Assembly: GCA_016937865.1 (NCBI GenBank)
Contig: JAFGVS010000016.1
Coordinates: 1 to 51,928 of the forward strand
Length of the DNA stretch: 51,928 nucleotides
Origin: Alphaproteobacteria bacterium
GTDB lineage: Bacteria; Pseudomonadota; Alphaproteobacteria; Rs-D84; NBLK01
Direction of reading: 5' to 3'
Made by a program: the position numbers and the translations under genes. The notes beneath the pieces are model-generated. The model ran no database searches and was not told the DNA's origin. It was given only the letters and a program-made list of their open reading frames with translations. Below are positions 17,390 through 26,503 of the stretch, in pieces (the first letter of the stretch is position 1; the number at the start of each line of letters is the position of its first letter).

Positions 17390-18484
17390 TTAAAACTTCA
17401 AAATTTTAGCAAGCAAAGTATTTAAAAACTGTCTTCCAAGTGTGGTGGTTTGGATGGATCCGTTGTTTTGGATCAGCCACGTTGGATTGGCGGAATCTAA
17501 ATCAAGGCAGTCTGAAAATTTTAGCCTGGTTTTTTCGGTAAGGAATGATTCGTTTAAAGGTAAATTGGTGCGCAGCCACATCATGACGATTTCTTCGGCG
17601 CGGGTTTGGTTTGAAATGGTATTTATTTCACAGCCTTCTTTTTTCGAGCTATTTAAGTTCGACGGGCCAACGGTTTCGATCCAATTTTGATTCTCCGTTT
17701 CAATGCGTCCGTGCGCCGAAGGACCCAATCCCATGTATGAATCGCCTTTCCAATAGGCCATATTGTGTTTGGAAATGTCTGATTTTTTTTTCGCGAAGTT
17801 GGAGATTTCATAGTGGTCATAGCCTGCCGATACACATTGATCACGTGTGGTTTCATAAAATTCTCCGTTATCCAAGTCATTTTCTGAGAATCTCTGTTTA
17901 AACGGCGTGCCTGATTCTAGGCTGAGGGAATAGAGCGATAGGTGTGGGATATTTTGTTTTAAAATCAAATCCAAATCGGTTTGCCATTTTTTCAGGGTCA
18001 TTTTAGGCAATCCATAGATAAAATCACATGAAAAGGTCTTAAAGTTTTTACGTGACGTTTCGATTAAATCAAGCGCATGTTTTTTTGTATGGCATCGACC
18101 CAGGAATTTTAAAAGATCTTCATCAAAAGATTGTACGCCAAACGAAGGACGGGTGAGGCCGGCTGTTTTAAATTCCAGCAGGTCTTTTGTTGTTATGGTA
18201 TTTGGGTTGATCTCTATTGTGACTTCTGGATTTGGGGTGATTGTAAATCGTCGTGAAATTTCGTTGATGATGTTTTCAAAAAAAATCGGAGGCATTAATG
18301 ACGGTGTGCCGCCACCGAAATAAATCGTTGTGATCTCAAAGCGCTTTTTGTCTAAGTTCAATTGATCGAGGTCGCGTAGATAAAAAGGCGTCAGGTCTTC
18401 TATCTGTCCGATTTCTTTATAAAAAGCGCAATAGGGGCATTTCGACCGGCAGAAGGGGACATGGATATAAATAGATAGGGGCAA
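17390..18484 (-). CDS. hemW: Radical SAM heme chaperone HemW (HemN-like)
   Basis: IYIHVPFCRSKCPYCAFY (CxxxCxxC) and the HemN_C-like tail. The apparent start is a TTG with the SD inside repeat copy 4. Confidence 0.85.
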   Translation of the reverse strand: MPLSIYIHVPFCRSKCPYCAFYKEIGQIEDLTPFYLRDLDQLNLDKKRFEITTIYFGGGTPSLMPPIFFENIINEISRRFTITPNPEVTIEINPNTITTKDLLEFKTAGLTRPSFGVQSFDEDLLKFLGRCHTKKHALDLIETSRKNFKTFSCDFIYGLPKMTLKKWQTDLDLILKQNIPHLSLYSLSLESGTPFKQRFSENDLDNGEFYETTRDQCVSAGYDHYEISNFAKKKSDISKHNMAYWKGDSYMGLGPSAHGRIETENQNWIETVGPSNLNSSKKEGCEINTISNQTRAEEIVMMWLRTNLPLNESFLTEKTRLKFSDCLDLDSANPTWLIQNNGSIQTTTLGRQFLNTLLAKILKF

Positions 18485-18490
18485 AATTTT

Positions 18491-18669
18491 TATTCTCCTG
18501 GAAATTAATTTTATGGGTATACATTGCCGTTGTCGCGGGCTGCATGCGATGTACCATATGTACCGGTCGTTTGAAAATTACATCCCCCAGATATAATTTT
18601 TGCACCGATGGCCCTAAAACGACAATCTATTCTCCATAACAGCGCTTTGCTTTAATTTCGCTTTGTTGC
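18491..18669 (+). repeat. Dispersed structured repeat, copy 4 (subfamily B, with an internal extra segment of roughly 40 nt)
   Basis: The ends match copies 3 and 5 (TTCTCCTGGAAATTAATTTTATGGGTATACATTGCCGTT... and ...CCTAAAACGACAAT...GCTTTAATTTCGCTTTGTTGC). The centre is diverged or expanded. Confidence 0.8.
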
Positions 18670-18676
18670 TTGTTTT

Positions 18677-19252
18677 TTATTCGTTTAACTTTTTTACTTT
18701 ATCCATAATACGTTGGTATGTTGGTTTGAGGTGTTCTTCGGAAACACGATTTAAAATATCGTTAACGGGTATCCATTCAATGCCTGAATTTTCTTCTGGA
18801 AGATGTTGAATAGAAGCATTTTCATTTGCTTCAAATAAAAAAACGGGGTTAATGTGAATATGGTCTGGGATAAATTTTCCATGTTTTATATGTGGTGCAA
18901 CGACGACAATATTCAAGTCAAACGGTGTTTCAAAAACAGGATGAAATGCTTCTTTTTTTAATCCTGATTCTTCCATGACTTCTTTTTTTGCAACATGCAA
19001 AAGATCAAGGTCTCCGTCAGAATGTCCTCCGAGCCAAGCCCAACTTTGATAAATGTTATGAAAAGCCATTAAAGCTTTATCTCTATTTTTGTTTATAACC
19101 CAAGCTGTTGGTGTTAAGTGCCCAATTAAATTTTCACGTACGCCCCAAAGTTCTTTTGGAAAGTTTTTTAAAAATTGAAGACATGATTCTTTATAATGTT
19201 TTTCGTTTTCATCATAGGGGGGGTGGTTTTGAAATGTTTGAATGATATCCAT
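18677..19252 (-). CDS. NUDIX hydrolase
   Basis: Nudix box GGHSDGDLDLLHVAKKEVMEESGL. Confidence 0.8.
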   Translation of the reverse strand: MDIIQTFQNHPPYDENEKHYKESCLQFLKNFPKELWGVRENLIGHLTPTAWVINKNRDKALMAFHNIYQSWAWLGGHSDGDLDLLHVAKKEVMEESGLKKEAFHPVFETPFDLNIVVVAPHIKHGKFIPDHIHINPVFLFEANENASIQHLPEENSGIEWIPVNDILNRVSEEHLKPTYQRIMDKVKKLNE

Positions 19253-19287
19253 TGTTTCTCTTTCTTAAATATGTTACTGTTTTTTTT

Positions 19288-19977
19288 ATGCCTTTGATTA
19301 CAAACCTTATTGCAGATTTGACAGCCTATCAAGGAAAAGATTCATTTAATCCGTGGGCGGATTATCATCCGCATTTTGATATTGGGCCTTTTGCGCCGGC
19401 GATTCGTGTGTCTAATTTAGAGGCTTATTTAGATATGCGTCAGAATGCAAAATATATTTTAATTGGGGAAGGACTCAGTTATCAAGGAGGGCATTTTTCA
19501 GGTATGGCGATGACCTCAGAACGCCAAGTGATGAATGATACAGAAGATTTTATTTTTAAAGGCATTAAACAACGGACAAGTCATCCTATGTCTACAGATA
19601 AGCGGACCGTTCAGACGCAAGGTTTTACGGAAAATACAGGGTCGATTGTTTGGAAGACGTTGGCGCCTATTTTAAAACCAACAGAGTGGATCACGTGGAA
19701 TATTTTTCCCTGGCATCCACATAAACCAGATCATCTTTTAACTAATCGTTTGCCACGCGAAGACGAAATCGCCGTGGGTCTTGCTTTATTTCAAAAACAT
19801 TTTAATTTCCTTGGAAAAAATCGTATTCTGATTGCCGTTGGTAAAACATCGGGGCGTACTTTAACAGATGCAGGTTACTCTGTTTTGACAATTAGACATC
19901 CCGCAAATGGGGGGGCACCTCAGTTTAAATCGGAGATTGAAGAAATTGTTAGAAATAATAATATGTTAGTCTTGTAA
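19288..19977 (+). CDS. Uracil-DNA-glycosylase-superfamily-like protein (tentative)
   Basis: ILIGEGLSYQGGHFSGMAMTSE and IRHPANGG resemble UDG-fold motifs A and B. The ORF-track start 19252 is a TTG. The first ATG is at 19288. Confidence 0.4.
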   Translation: MPLITNLIADLTAYQGKDSFNPWADYHPHFDIGPFAPAIRVSNLEAYLDMRQNAKYILIGEGLSYQGGHFSGMAMTSERQVMNDTEDFIFKGIKQRTSHPMSTDKRTVQTQGFTENTGSIVWKTLAPILKPTEWITWNIFPWHPHKPDHLLTNRLPREDEIAVGLALFQKHFNFLGKNRILIAVGKTSGRTLTDAGYSVLTIRHPANGGAPQFKSEIEEIVRNNNMLVL

Positions 19978-19995
19978 AAAAATACACACACAGAC

Positions 19996-20024
19996 TTGAC
20001 AAGGAAACTCCGAATCTGTATAAT
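19996..20024 (+). promoter_or_regulatory. Consensus sigma70 promoter
   Basis: TTGACA, 17 nt spacer, TATAAT, upstream of the 20062 ORF. Confidence 0.6.
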
Positions 20025-20061
20025 GGTATAAAATATTGGTTTGTAAAAAAAGAGGTTCGAT

Positions 20062-20337
20062 ATGGGACGTAAGCCTGTTAAACAAATTGCTAAGGCAAAA
20101 ATTTCTTCTCAAAAAGCGAGTGAAACACGTTTGGATCCAAAAGGGTTTGGAGAAGTGATTTCGTTTGATTTGGATCATATTGAAAAGACCTTAGAACAAG
20201 CTAAAAAAGTTTCTGAAAAATATAAAATTGATCCTTCTAAGTTGGTTAAACCAACGATCGATAAGGAAAAAGAGCTGAAAAAACAAATTATGGCTCATAA
20301 CCCTAATCGTTTCGGGTTTAAAACACTCGATAATTAA
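20062..20337 (+). CDS. Hypothetical basic protein (91 aa)
   Basis: ORF downstream of a consensus promoter. No motif recognised. Confidence 0.5.
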   Translation: MGRKPVKQIAKAKISSQKASETRLDPKGFGEVISFDLDHIEKTLEQAKKVSEKYKIDPSKLVKPTIDKEKELKKQIMAHNPNRFGFKTLDN

Positions 20338-20360
20338 ATTTTTTCTGTTTATTAATCTAC

Positions 20361-20389
20361 TTGACTCTTTGGTCTGTTCCGGTTACTAT
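20361..20389 (+). promoter_or_regulatory. Promoter for rpmJ
   Basis: TTGACT(CT), 17 nt spacer, TACTAT. Confidence 0.55.
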
Positions 20390-20423
20390 CGGTGCCGAAT
20401 AAATCAAATAAGGAACTTATGAT

Positions 20424-20561
20424 ATGAAAGTTTTACGCTCTTTAAAATCTTGGAAAACACGTGGTAAAGTGAAGTTAGTTCGTCGCGGTAAGCGTGTGTA
20501 TGTTATTGATGTTGAAGGAAAAAATCCAAGACTAAAAGCTCGCCAAGGAAATAAAAAATAA
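20424..20561 (+). CDS. rpmJ: 50S ribosomal protein L36
   Basis: Not in the ORF track because it is only 45 aa. MKVLRSLKSWKTRGKVKLVRRGKRVYVIDVEGKNPRLKARQGNKK matches the L36 pattern (MK...SLK......V.RRG..YVI.K.NPR.KARQG). AAGGAA RBS. Confidence 0.85.
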   Translation: MKVLRSLKSWKTRGKVKLVRRGKRVYVIDVEGKNPRLKARQGNKK

Positions 20562-20623
20562 GCGAACAAAGCAACATTTTACAGGTATCTATAAAAGAAG
20601 ACGGACAAAAACTCCGTCCTTTT

Positions 20624-21388
20624 TTGCATAAGAGATATCTTTCTTTGCCACTTTCGATGATTCATAAGTGGTGTCGCACTGGACAATTGCGTGTTAATAG
20701 TAAACGGGTTAAATTTAATGCTGTTTTAAAAGAAGGTGATGAAATTCGTTTGCCGCCTTTTGCGCCTAATTTCAAAGGTGAAAAGCAAGAAAAAGTTTTT
20801 GAAGCGCCGATTCTTTATCAGGATGATGACGTAATTGCTTTTGATAAGCCTGCTGGATGGAGTATTCAAGGTGGCGATCGTAATATTTTAGATGACCTGC
20901 GTTATGCCTCTTTTTTTCCTGTTCATCGCATTGACGCCCCAACACAAGGTGTTGTTCTGTTCGCAAAAACACATGCCATGGCGAAGTTTCTTTCAAATGC
21001 TTTTGCCGAGAAGCGTATTAAAAAAACATATATGGCCTTGGTTCATGGAACGGTTCGAAAAAAGCGCGGGGTTATTTCTTCTATGTTGACGATTAAGGAT
21101 AAATCTGTTTTAGCACAGACGGTTTACAAAGTTTTATCCGATAATGGCAGACAAGCTCTTTTAATGTTGCGTCCTTTGACGGGACGAAAACATCAATTGC
21201 GTCGACATTGTGCAGAGGTTTTGAATGCCCCGATTTTGGGAGAATATCGATACGCGCAATCTTCTGAAAAAACTTTACACTTGTTGGCTTTTTCGTTATC
21301 CTTCTTTCATCCGACCCTTGAAAAATGGTTAAATATAAAGGCTGATCAACCAAAATGGCTCTTAAACAATTGTTCTTTAAAGGATTAA
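20624..21388 (+). CDS. RluA-family 23S rRNA pseudouridine synthase (RluC/RluD-like)
   Basis: HRIDAPTQGVVLFAK catalytic motif. S4-like N-terminus. 20624 is a TTG. The conserved N-terminal sequence continues in frame upstream to 20555 without any ATG, GTG or TTG (see finding). Confidence 0.85.
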   Translation: MHKRYLSLPLSMIHKWCRTGQLRVNSKRVKFNAVLKEGDEIRLPPFAPNFKGEKQEKVFEAPILYQDDDVIAFDKPAGWSIQGGDRNILDDLRYASFFPVHRIDAPTQGVVLFAKTHAMAKFLSNAFAEKRIKKTYMALVHGTVRKKRGVISSMLTIKDKSVLAQTVYKVLSDNGRQALLMLRPLTGRKHQLRRHCAEVLNAPILGEYRYAQSSEKTLHLLAFSLSFFHPTLEKWLNIKADQPKWLLNNCSLKD

Positions 21389-23658
21389 AATCCACTTTTC
21401 GTTTTTTGAAAGGCTTGACGAAAATTAGCACAAAATCTGTGCGTCTTTGTCTTAAAATTATTTTTTTAACACTACTCGCTGGTCTTATTTCTATTTTTGT
21501 TTTTTTCTCTACTGTTGATTTAGGTACTTATCGAGTTGTGATTTCTCAAAAAATTTCAAACGCTATTGGGTTTAAAACCCAGATCAAAGGCGATATGGAA
21601 TTCGATATTAAATATATGCGTCCTGTTATTGAATTGAAAAAGATTGAGGTTTATAACCCAACTTGGGCTTCGGAAAAATTCTTTTTAAAAGCAAATCGTG
21701 CTTTTTTATCTGTTGATTTCTTTTCTTTGTTGCGTGGCGAAGTTCATATTCATGCTCTTTTTTTGGATGGTGTTGTGGCCAATTTTATTGAAAAAGGGAA
21801 AAAACAAAACTGGCTTCCTTCTAAAAATCAATCTGATTTGGAAAAACAGAAAAAGATAGAAAAAAAAGATTCTCAGTCGCCTTTAGAAAAAACATTTGTT
21901 CCGTTGAAGTTTCCCGTGAATGCGTCTATTCGTAATTTTTTGTTAAAACGTGTACAGGTTAACTATTCTATTAATAGCAAAAAAGAAACGTATGACATTG
22001 AAGAATTGAATCTTAAGATGGAGACTAATAAAACCGAAACGGATTTAAGTGGCTATGTTTCTTATAGTGGAGATCGTTATGCTTTATTTGCAAAAACGGC
22101 CTCTTTGGAAAAAATTTTAAAACGTAAAGGTGTTTATCCATTGGATCTTTCTTTGCGTTCACCGAATATCGCATTGATGTTGAAGGGTAAATTGGGATTT
22201 CCTTTTTCGGATTTTTTATCCGAGTTAAAATTGACCATTGAAGCCTCTGATTTGAATCGTACTTTAAAACCCTTTGGTTTGGATGTTTCGTATACCCATT
22301 CGGTTAATCTGTCTTCTAAATTATATTTAACAGAAAAGTTTTTTCGTTTTTCTGATTTAAAATTGCGTGTAGCAAATAGTGACATTACAGGGGATGGTTA
22401 TGTTTTGCTTAAAGAGAAAAAGCCTTTTGTTAAGTTGAATCTTTTGTCTACTTTGTTTGATATTCCACGTCTTTTTGATACGGAAGGGCCTTCTGTGCAT
22501 TCAAATGCGCCAAAAGCTTATGAAAAAGAAGGTCGAGATCCAAAAGCTTTTATTGGGGTACCTTTTCCTATTTCGGTTTTTAATACGTTTAATGCGGATT
22601 TAGATCTTTATGTTAAAACACTTAAAGCGATGAGTACAATGCCTATTCATTCTATTCATGTAAAAGGGACACTCTTAAATGGCGTGGGGGCTGTTAAAAG
22701 TATTGAAACCAAATATGCCGGGGGCAATGTTTTACTTCAAGGTGTTGCTGATTTTTCAGATCGAAAACAAATGAAAGCCAAGGTCTCTTTGAAGGGGGAC
22801 GATGTTTCGGTCGGAGAAATTATTGAAATGTCGGGAAGTCGTCGTGTTTTAAACCCAGATACGAGTTTGGCAGATGTTGAAGGCTTTTTGGAAGGGAATG
22901 GGCCGGATTTAGCCACTTTTATGGGCTCGTTGGATGGTGTTTTTAAGGTAAATACACAGAAAAAAACATGGGGCTATGATATTGCGCAATACTTTTTAGG
23001 TCAGGATTTAATTATGTCCTTTGTCGATAAATTTAAGGAACGCGGAAAAGATTTAGATATTGAATGTGTTGCGGGCCATGTTCGAATTAATCATGGTGTT
23101 GCCACGACAAAGCGAAGCATTGCCTTACAGTCGGATAAAATTAATATGGTGGTTGAAGGCCATGTTGATTTAGGCAAAGAATATACAAAAGTTTCATTGA
23201 TTTCATTACCTGTTTCTGGATTGCGTTTAGGTTTATCGGATTTTTTGAGCTTGGTTAAAATTCAAGGACCGATGGCTTTGCCTGATTTTAACATTAGTGG
23301 GTCTAAATTTATTGAAAAAGGTTTAGAGTGGGGCCTTGCTGCAGGTGTTGCCGCTGTTTTTACAGGGGGATTATCTGCGGTTGCTGCCGGGATTGGTTTT
23401 TTAGGGAAATCTTGGTTTGATTCCTTTATGCAAGATGAACATCCATGTCAGTCTGCATTGCTGGCAAAATATGTGGATGAGGATCAACAAAATCCGATGA
23501 AAACACCGGTTGCTGGATCTATAATTGTCTTGAATAAAGAGGTGAGTGGCCTTTATGGGAGTCATAAAAGAACATTTAAAGGTTTTTTAAATAAGATGAA
23601 TCAAAATCTTAACCGATCTAAAAAGAAGCTTATGTCTTCTCAGAAACAGTCAAATTAA
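21355..23658 (+). CDS. AsmA-family envelope protein
   Basis: N-terminal anchor followed by YRVVISQKISNAIGFKTQIKGDM (AsmA N-terminal style). AsmA_2-like C-terminal region (INHGVATTKR...MVVEGHVDLGKE). Overlaps the rluC 3' end by 34 nt. Confidence 0.7.
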   Translation: MALKQLFFKGLKSTFRFLKGLTKISTKSVRLCLKIIFLTLLAGLISIFVFFSTVDLGTYRVVISQKISNAIGFKTQIKGDMEFDIKYMRPVIELKKIEVYNPTWASEKFFLKANRAFLSVDFFSLLRGEVHIHALFLDGVVANFIEKGKKQNWLPSKNQSDLEKQKKIEKKDSQSPLEKTFVPLKFPVNASIRNFLLKRVQVNYSINSKKETYDIEELNLKMETNKTETDLSGYVSYSGDRYALFAKTASLEKILKRKGVYPLDLSLRSPNIALMLKGKLGFPFSDFLSELKLTIEASDLNRTLKPFGLDVSYTHSVNLSSKLYLTEKFFRFSDLKLRVANSDITGDGYVLLKEKKPFVKLNLLSTLFDIPRLFDTEGPSVHSNAPKAYEKEGRDPKAFIGVPFPISVFNTFNADLDLYVKTLKAMSTMPIHSIHVKGTLLNGVGAVKSIETKYAGGNVLLQGVADFSDRKQMKAKVSLKGDDVSVGEIIEMSGSRRVLNPDTSLADVEGFLEGNGPDLATFMGSLDGVFKVNTQKKTWGYDIAQYFLGQDLIMSFVDKFKERGKDLDIECVAGHVRINHGVATTKRSIALQSDKINMVVEGHVDLGKEYTKVSLISLPVSGLRLGLSDFLSLVKIQGPMALPDFNISGSKFIEKGLEWGLAAGVAAVFTGGLSAVAAGIGFLGKSWFDSFMQDEHPCQSALLAKYVDEDQQNPMKTPVAGSIIVLNKEVSGLYGSHKRTFKGFLNKMNQNLNRSKKKLMSSQKQSN

Positions 23659-23660
23659 AT

Positions 23661-23691
23661 AAAAAAACCCGATTAGATATCGGGTTTTTTT
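23661..23691. terminator. Bidirectional terminator between the AsmA-family gene and tatA
   Basis: aaaaaaacccgat-tagat-atcgggttttttt. Confidence 0.7.
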
Positions 23692-23704
23692 GAACGTAAA
23701 GAAA

Positions 23705-24004
23705 TTATTTTTTCTTTGTTGTTTTTTTAGCAACGGGCTTTTTTGCTGTTGCTTTTTTAGCCACTGGCTTTTTAGCAACAGGTTTTTTAGTTGTTGTTTT
23801 TTTAGCAACTGGTGCTTTTTTCACAGATGGTTTCGTTGTTTTCTTTGCGTCAGATTTTGTTTTGACGGGCTCGTCTTTTAAGCCTGTTTTAAAGGCTTTA
23901 ATGCCTTTTGCAAAGTCAGCCATTAGTGTGGATATTTTTCCAGATCCAAATAAAAGAACAACGATTACAAGAATTAAAAGTAGTTCCCAAAAGTGTGGCA
24001 TCAT
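23705..24004 (-). CDS. tatA: Twin-arginine translocase subunit TatA/E with a Lys-rich repeat tail
   Basis: [36 protein letters not shown] is the TatA TM plus amphipathic helix. It is followed by a tail of about 50 aa of KKPVAKK-type repeats. Confidence 0.85.
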   Translation of the reverse strand: MMPHFWELLLILVIVVLLFGSGKISTLMADFAKGIKAFKTGLKDEPVKTKSDAKKTTKPSVKKAPVAKKTTTKKPVAKKPVAKKATAKKPVAKKTTKKK

Positions 24005-24027
24005 AATTTTCTCTCCTTAATTTTTGA

Positions 24028-24273
24028 TTATATATCTAGTGCGTCTGCGTACAATCTGATCATTTCTTCTTCTTGAGCGCGTTTTTCAGGATCAATATTT
24101 TTCAATTTGATAACTGTTTTTAGAATTTTAGTATCAAAGCCGGATGCTTTTGCCTCATCAAAAATTTCTTTTAGATCGCCACTTAAATTTTTCATTTCAT
24201 CCATAAGGCGTTCAATGCGTTGAACAAAAGATTTTATTTGATCTGATGCGATATTTCCTGTTGTTTTGGTCAT
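24028..24273 (-). CDS. DUF2312/UPF0335 protein (GapR-like nucleoid-associated protein)
   Basis: L.SFV.RIERL..E...L..D.KEI..EAK..GFD.K.L...I.L pattern typical of alphaproteobacterial DUF2312. Confidence 0.8.
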   Translation of the reverse strand: MTKTTGNIASDQIKSFVQRIERLMDEMKNLSGDLKEIFDEAKASGFDTKILKTVIKLKNIDPEKRAQEEEMIRLYADALDI

Positions 24274-24376
24274 AGTTAATTTTCCTCTTTCTTTTTTTAA
24301 GAATGCGGTTTATACTGCACCCGTTCTTTGCGTAAAAGCGTAAAAGAGTTGTTCATCAAAAGCAAGAGAAAAAATA

Positions 24377-25813
24377 ATGCCACAACATACTTTTACAAAA
24401 ATCTTATCCTCAATTGGTCCTTCAAGTGAAGATCCAAAAGTTTTAGAAAAACTTTTTATGGCTGGTGTAGATGTTTGTCGAATGAACTTTAGTCATGACT
24501 CTCACGAGAATCACGAAAAACGTTATAATAACATTCGCGCCCTTTCAAAAAAATTGAAACGTCCAATTGGAATTCTTGGAGATTTACAAGGTGCAAAACA
24601 TCGTATTGGTCAGTTTGTAGGCGAAAAAGCCAAAATCAAACCGGGACAAAAATTTACTTTTTATTTGAATAAAGTAGAAGGAAATTCAACGCAAGTTACT
24701 TTGCCACATAAAGAAGTTTATGCCTCTGTAAAAAAAGGTACAAAAATTCTTATTGATGATGGACGCATTGGTATGGAAGTTTTAAACGTATCAAAAGATA
24801 TGGTTGAAACAAAAGTTATTTATGGAGAAGAAATCAAAGATAATAAAGGATTTAATATTCCGGATGTTATTTTGGATATGCCTCTTTTAACCGAAAAAGA
24901 TAAAAAAGATCTTAAATTTGCTTTGAAATTAGGTGTTGATTTTGTGGCGGTTTCTTTTGTGCAAACGGTTAAAGATATTTTAGAAGCCAAGAAACTTATT
25001 GGCGGAAAAGCCAAAATTATTGCGAAAATTGAAAAACCTTCTGCGTGTGAAGATTTTGAAGCGATTGCCCGTGAATGTGATGCGATTATGATTGCGCGTG
25101 GGGATTTGGCGATTGAAATTGGTCATGCAAAAGTGCCAGTGATGCAACGTATGATGATTGAAACATGTCGTCGTTTAGGCGTTCCTGTGATTACTGCGAC
25201 AGACGTTTTTGATTCAATGACTAAAAAACCATTGCCAACACGTGCGGAAGTAAACGATTGTGCAACGGCGGTTTATCTTGGGACAGACGCCATTATGACA
25301 TCTGGTGAAACGGCGGCTGGGAATTATCCGGTTGAAACGATTAAAATGATGGCAGATGTTATGGATACTGTTGAAAATGCGCATAATTACCGTTCTCAAC
25401 TTGAACCACGTCATACAGATTTTGTTGAATTTACAACCCCTGAAACATTGGCTCTTTCTGCAACAGATACGGCTGACCTTGTCCAAGCCAAAGCCATTAT
25501 TGTTTTCACACGTTCTGGCAATATGGCACGTCGTGTTTCTGCGTATCGTCCGGAAGTGCCTGTATTGGCAATTACAAAAGATGAACAAGTTGCAAATCAA
25601 CTTTGTCTGTCTTATGGGGTTAAATCTGTGCATATTGGTGTACAGTTTAAAACCGTTAAAGATATGGAAAAAGAAGTGCTTCAACAAGCAAAAGCATTTG
25701 GTTTGAAACGCGGTGATAAAATCGTGATGATTGCGGGTAAAAAACCTGGTGCAACCGATACGGCGGTTTATGAAGAAGGTGGCGCAAACTTTATGACAGT
25801 TGTGACCCTTTAA
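24377..25813 (+). CDS. pyk: Pyruvate kinase
   Basis: KI..SIGPSS......L...G....RMNFSH, MIARGDL..EI and the rest of the core. 478 aa. Confidence 0.95.
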   Translation: MPQHTFTKILSSIGPSSEDPKVLEKLFMAGVDVCRMNFSHDSHENHEKRYNNIRALSKKLKRPIGILGDLQGAKHRIGQFVGEKAKIKPGQKFTFYLNKVEGNSTQVTLPHKEVYASVKKGTKILIDDGRIGMEVLNVSKDMVETKVIYGEEIKDNKGFNIPDVILDMPLLTEKDKKDLKFALKLGVDFVAVSFVQTVKDILEAKKLIGGKAKIIAKIEKPSACEDFEAIARECDAIMIARGDLAIEIGHAKVPVMQRMMIETCRRLGVPVITATDVFDSMTKKPLPTRAEVNDCATAVYLGTDAIMTSGETAAGNYPVETIKMMADVMDTVENAHNYRSQLEPRHTDFVEFTTPETLALSATDTADLVQAKAIIVFTRSGNMARRVSAYRPEVPVLAITKDEQVANQLCLSYGVKSVHIGVQFKTVKDMEKEVLQQAKAFGLKRGDKIVMIAGKKPGATDTAVYEEGGANFMTVVTL

Positions 25814-25825
25814 GTTTATTAAAAA

Positions 25826-25858
25826 TAAAAAAAGAGCTCCCATTTGAGCTCTTTTTTT
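25826..25858 (+). terminator. Rho-independent terminator after pyk (probably bidirectional)
   Basis: aaaaagagctc-ccattt-gagctcttttttt. Confidence 0.75.
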
Positions 25859-25871
25859 GAAATTATGTTTT

Positions 25872-26393
25872 TTAGTAATTTACAGTTACAGTATAACCGG
25901 ATCCATTTTGTGAAGTATATGTTCCAGCTGTCTCATTTCCTGTAAAATCAACTGAACCACCAATGACAAAATTCCCACTTCCTTTTGAATCTAAGGCAAA
26001 GTTTCCAATAGTTTTAACAGACCCTTCTAAAATTGGATCAAATATTAGAGTATTTCCCGATCCATCATCGAGAGTAGCGGTTGATCCCGTTATATCTATG
26101 TTAATTAAGGCTCCCGGAGCCCCAGATATATTCATTCCCCCTGCCTCTGGAAATCCAGAACAAACATAAGAACTGGGACAAGAAACAACTTCATTGTCGG
26201 GATCAATAGAAACAGTTTGAGGGCCTGCGGCAGGATCAATTGCAATTGTTCCCAAATTAATTGGTAAATTTGCGTTAACTGTCAATGGATTTGATAATTC
26301 TGCTTGTGCGTGTCCGGTTCCAGTTGCAGCCATGACGCCTGAACTCAAAACAATACCCATTGTGAATAATGATAGCTTAAATAAATTTTTCAT
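25872..26393 (-). CDS. Secreted DUF4402-like protein
   Basis: Signal peptide ...SSGVMA. G/T/S-rich beta-type sequence ending GTYTSQNGSGYTVTVNY, as remembered for DUF4402 (G.Y.G.F.VTV.Y). Confidence 0.5.
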   Translation of the reverse strand: MKNLFKLSLFTMGIVLSSGVMAATGTGHAQAELSNPLTVNANLPINLGTIAIDPAAGPQTVSIDPDNEVVSCPSSYVCSGFPEAGGMNISGAPGALINIDITGSTATLDDGSGNTLIFDPILEGSVKTIGNFALDSKGSGNFVIGGSVDFTGNETAGTYTSQNGSGYTVTVNY

Positions 26394-26472
26394 AAGATAT
26401 TTTCCTTTTTTTTAAAGAATGCTGTGTTTGTTATACACAGAAATCATCATATCATATTTTGAGTATCTTTGC

Positions 26473-26498
26473 AAAAAAAACAGCCTCCGTAGAGGCTG
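26473..26498 (-). terminator. Rho-independent terminator after the 26504 lipoprotein gene
   Basis: cagcctc-cgta-gaggctg preceded by A8 on the plus strand, which is a T8 trail on the minus strand. Confidence 0.65.
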
Positions 26499-26503
26499 TG
26501 TTC

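Noticed and set aside
23728-23830. Regularly spaced short DNA repeats (ttttagcaacNggNtttt) that could be taken for a CRISPR-like or satellite array. The repeats at 40601..40724 are similar.
   Set aside because: The periodicity is the codon-level image of KKPVAKK-type peptide repeats inside ORFs. There are no unique spacers and no leader.
25214-25843. 209-aa ORF antisense to pyk. Similar long antisense ORFs occur at 1462..1953 (accA), 2786..3385 (tsf), 31342..32358 (Cys-rich gene) and 35414..36090.
   Set aside because: They lie entirely inside confidently identified genes on the other strand, have odd composition and have no RBS. They are typical shadow ORFs in AT-biased coding sequence.
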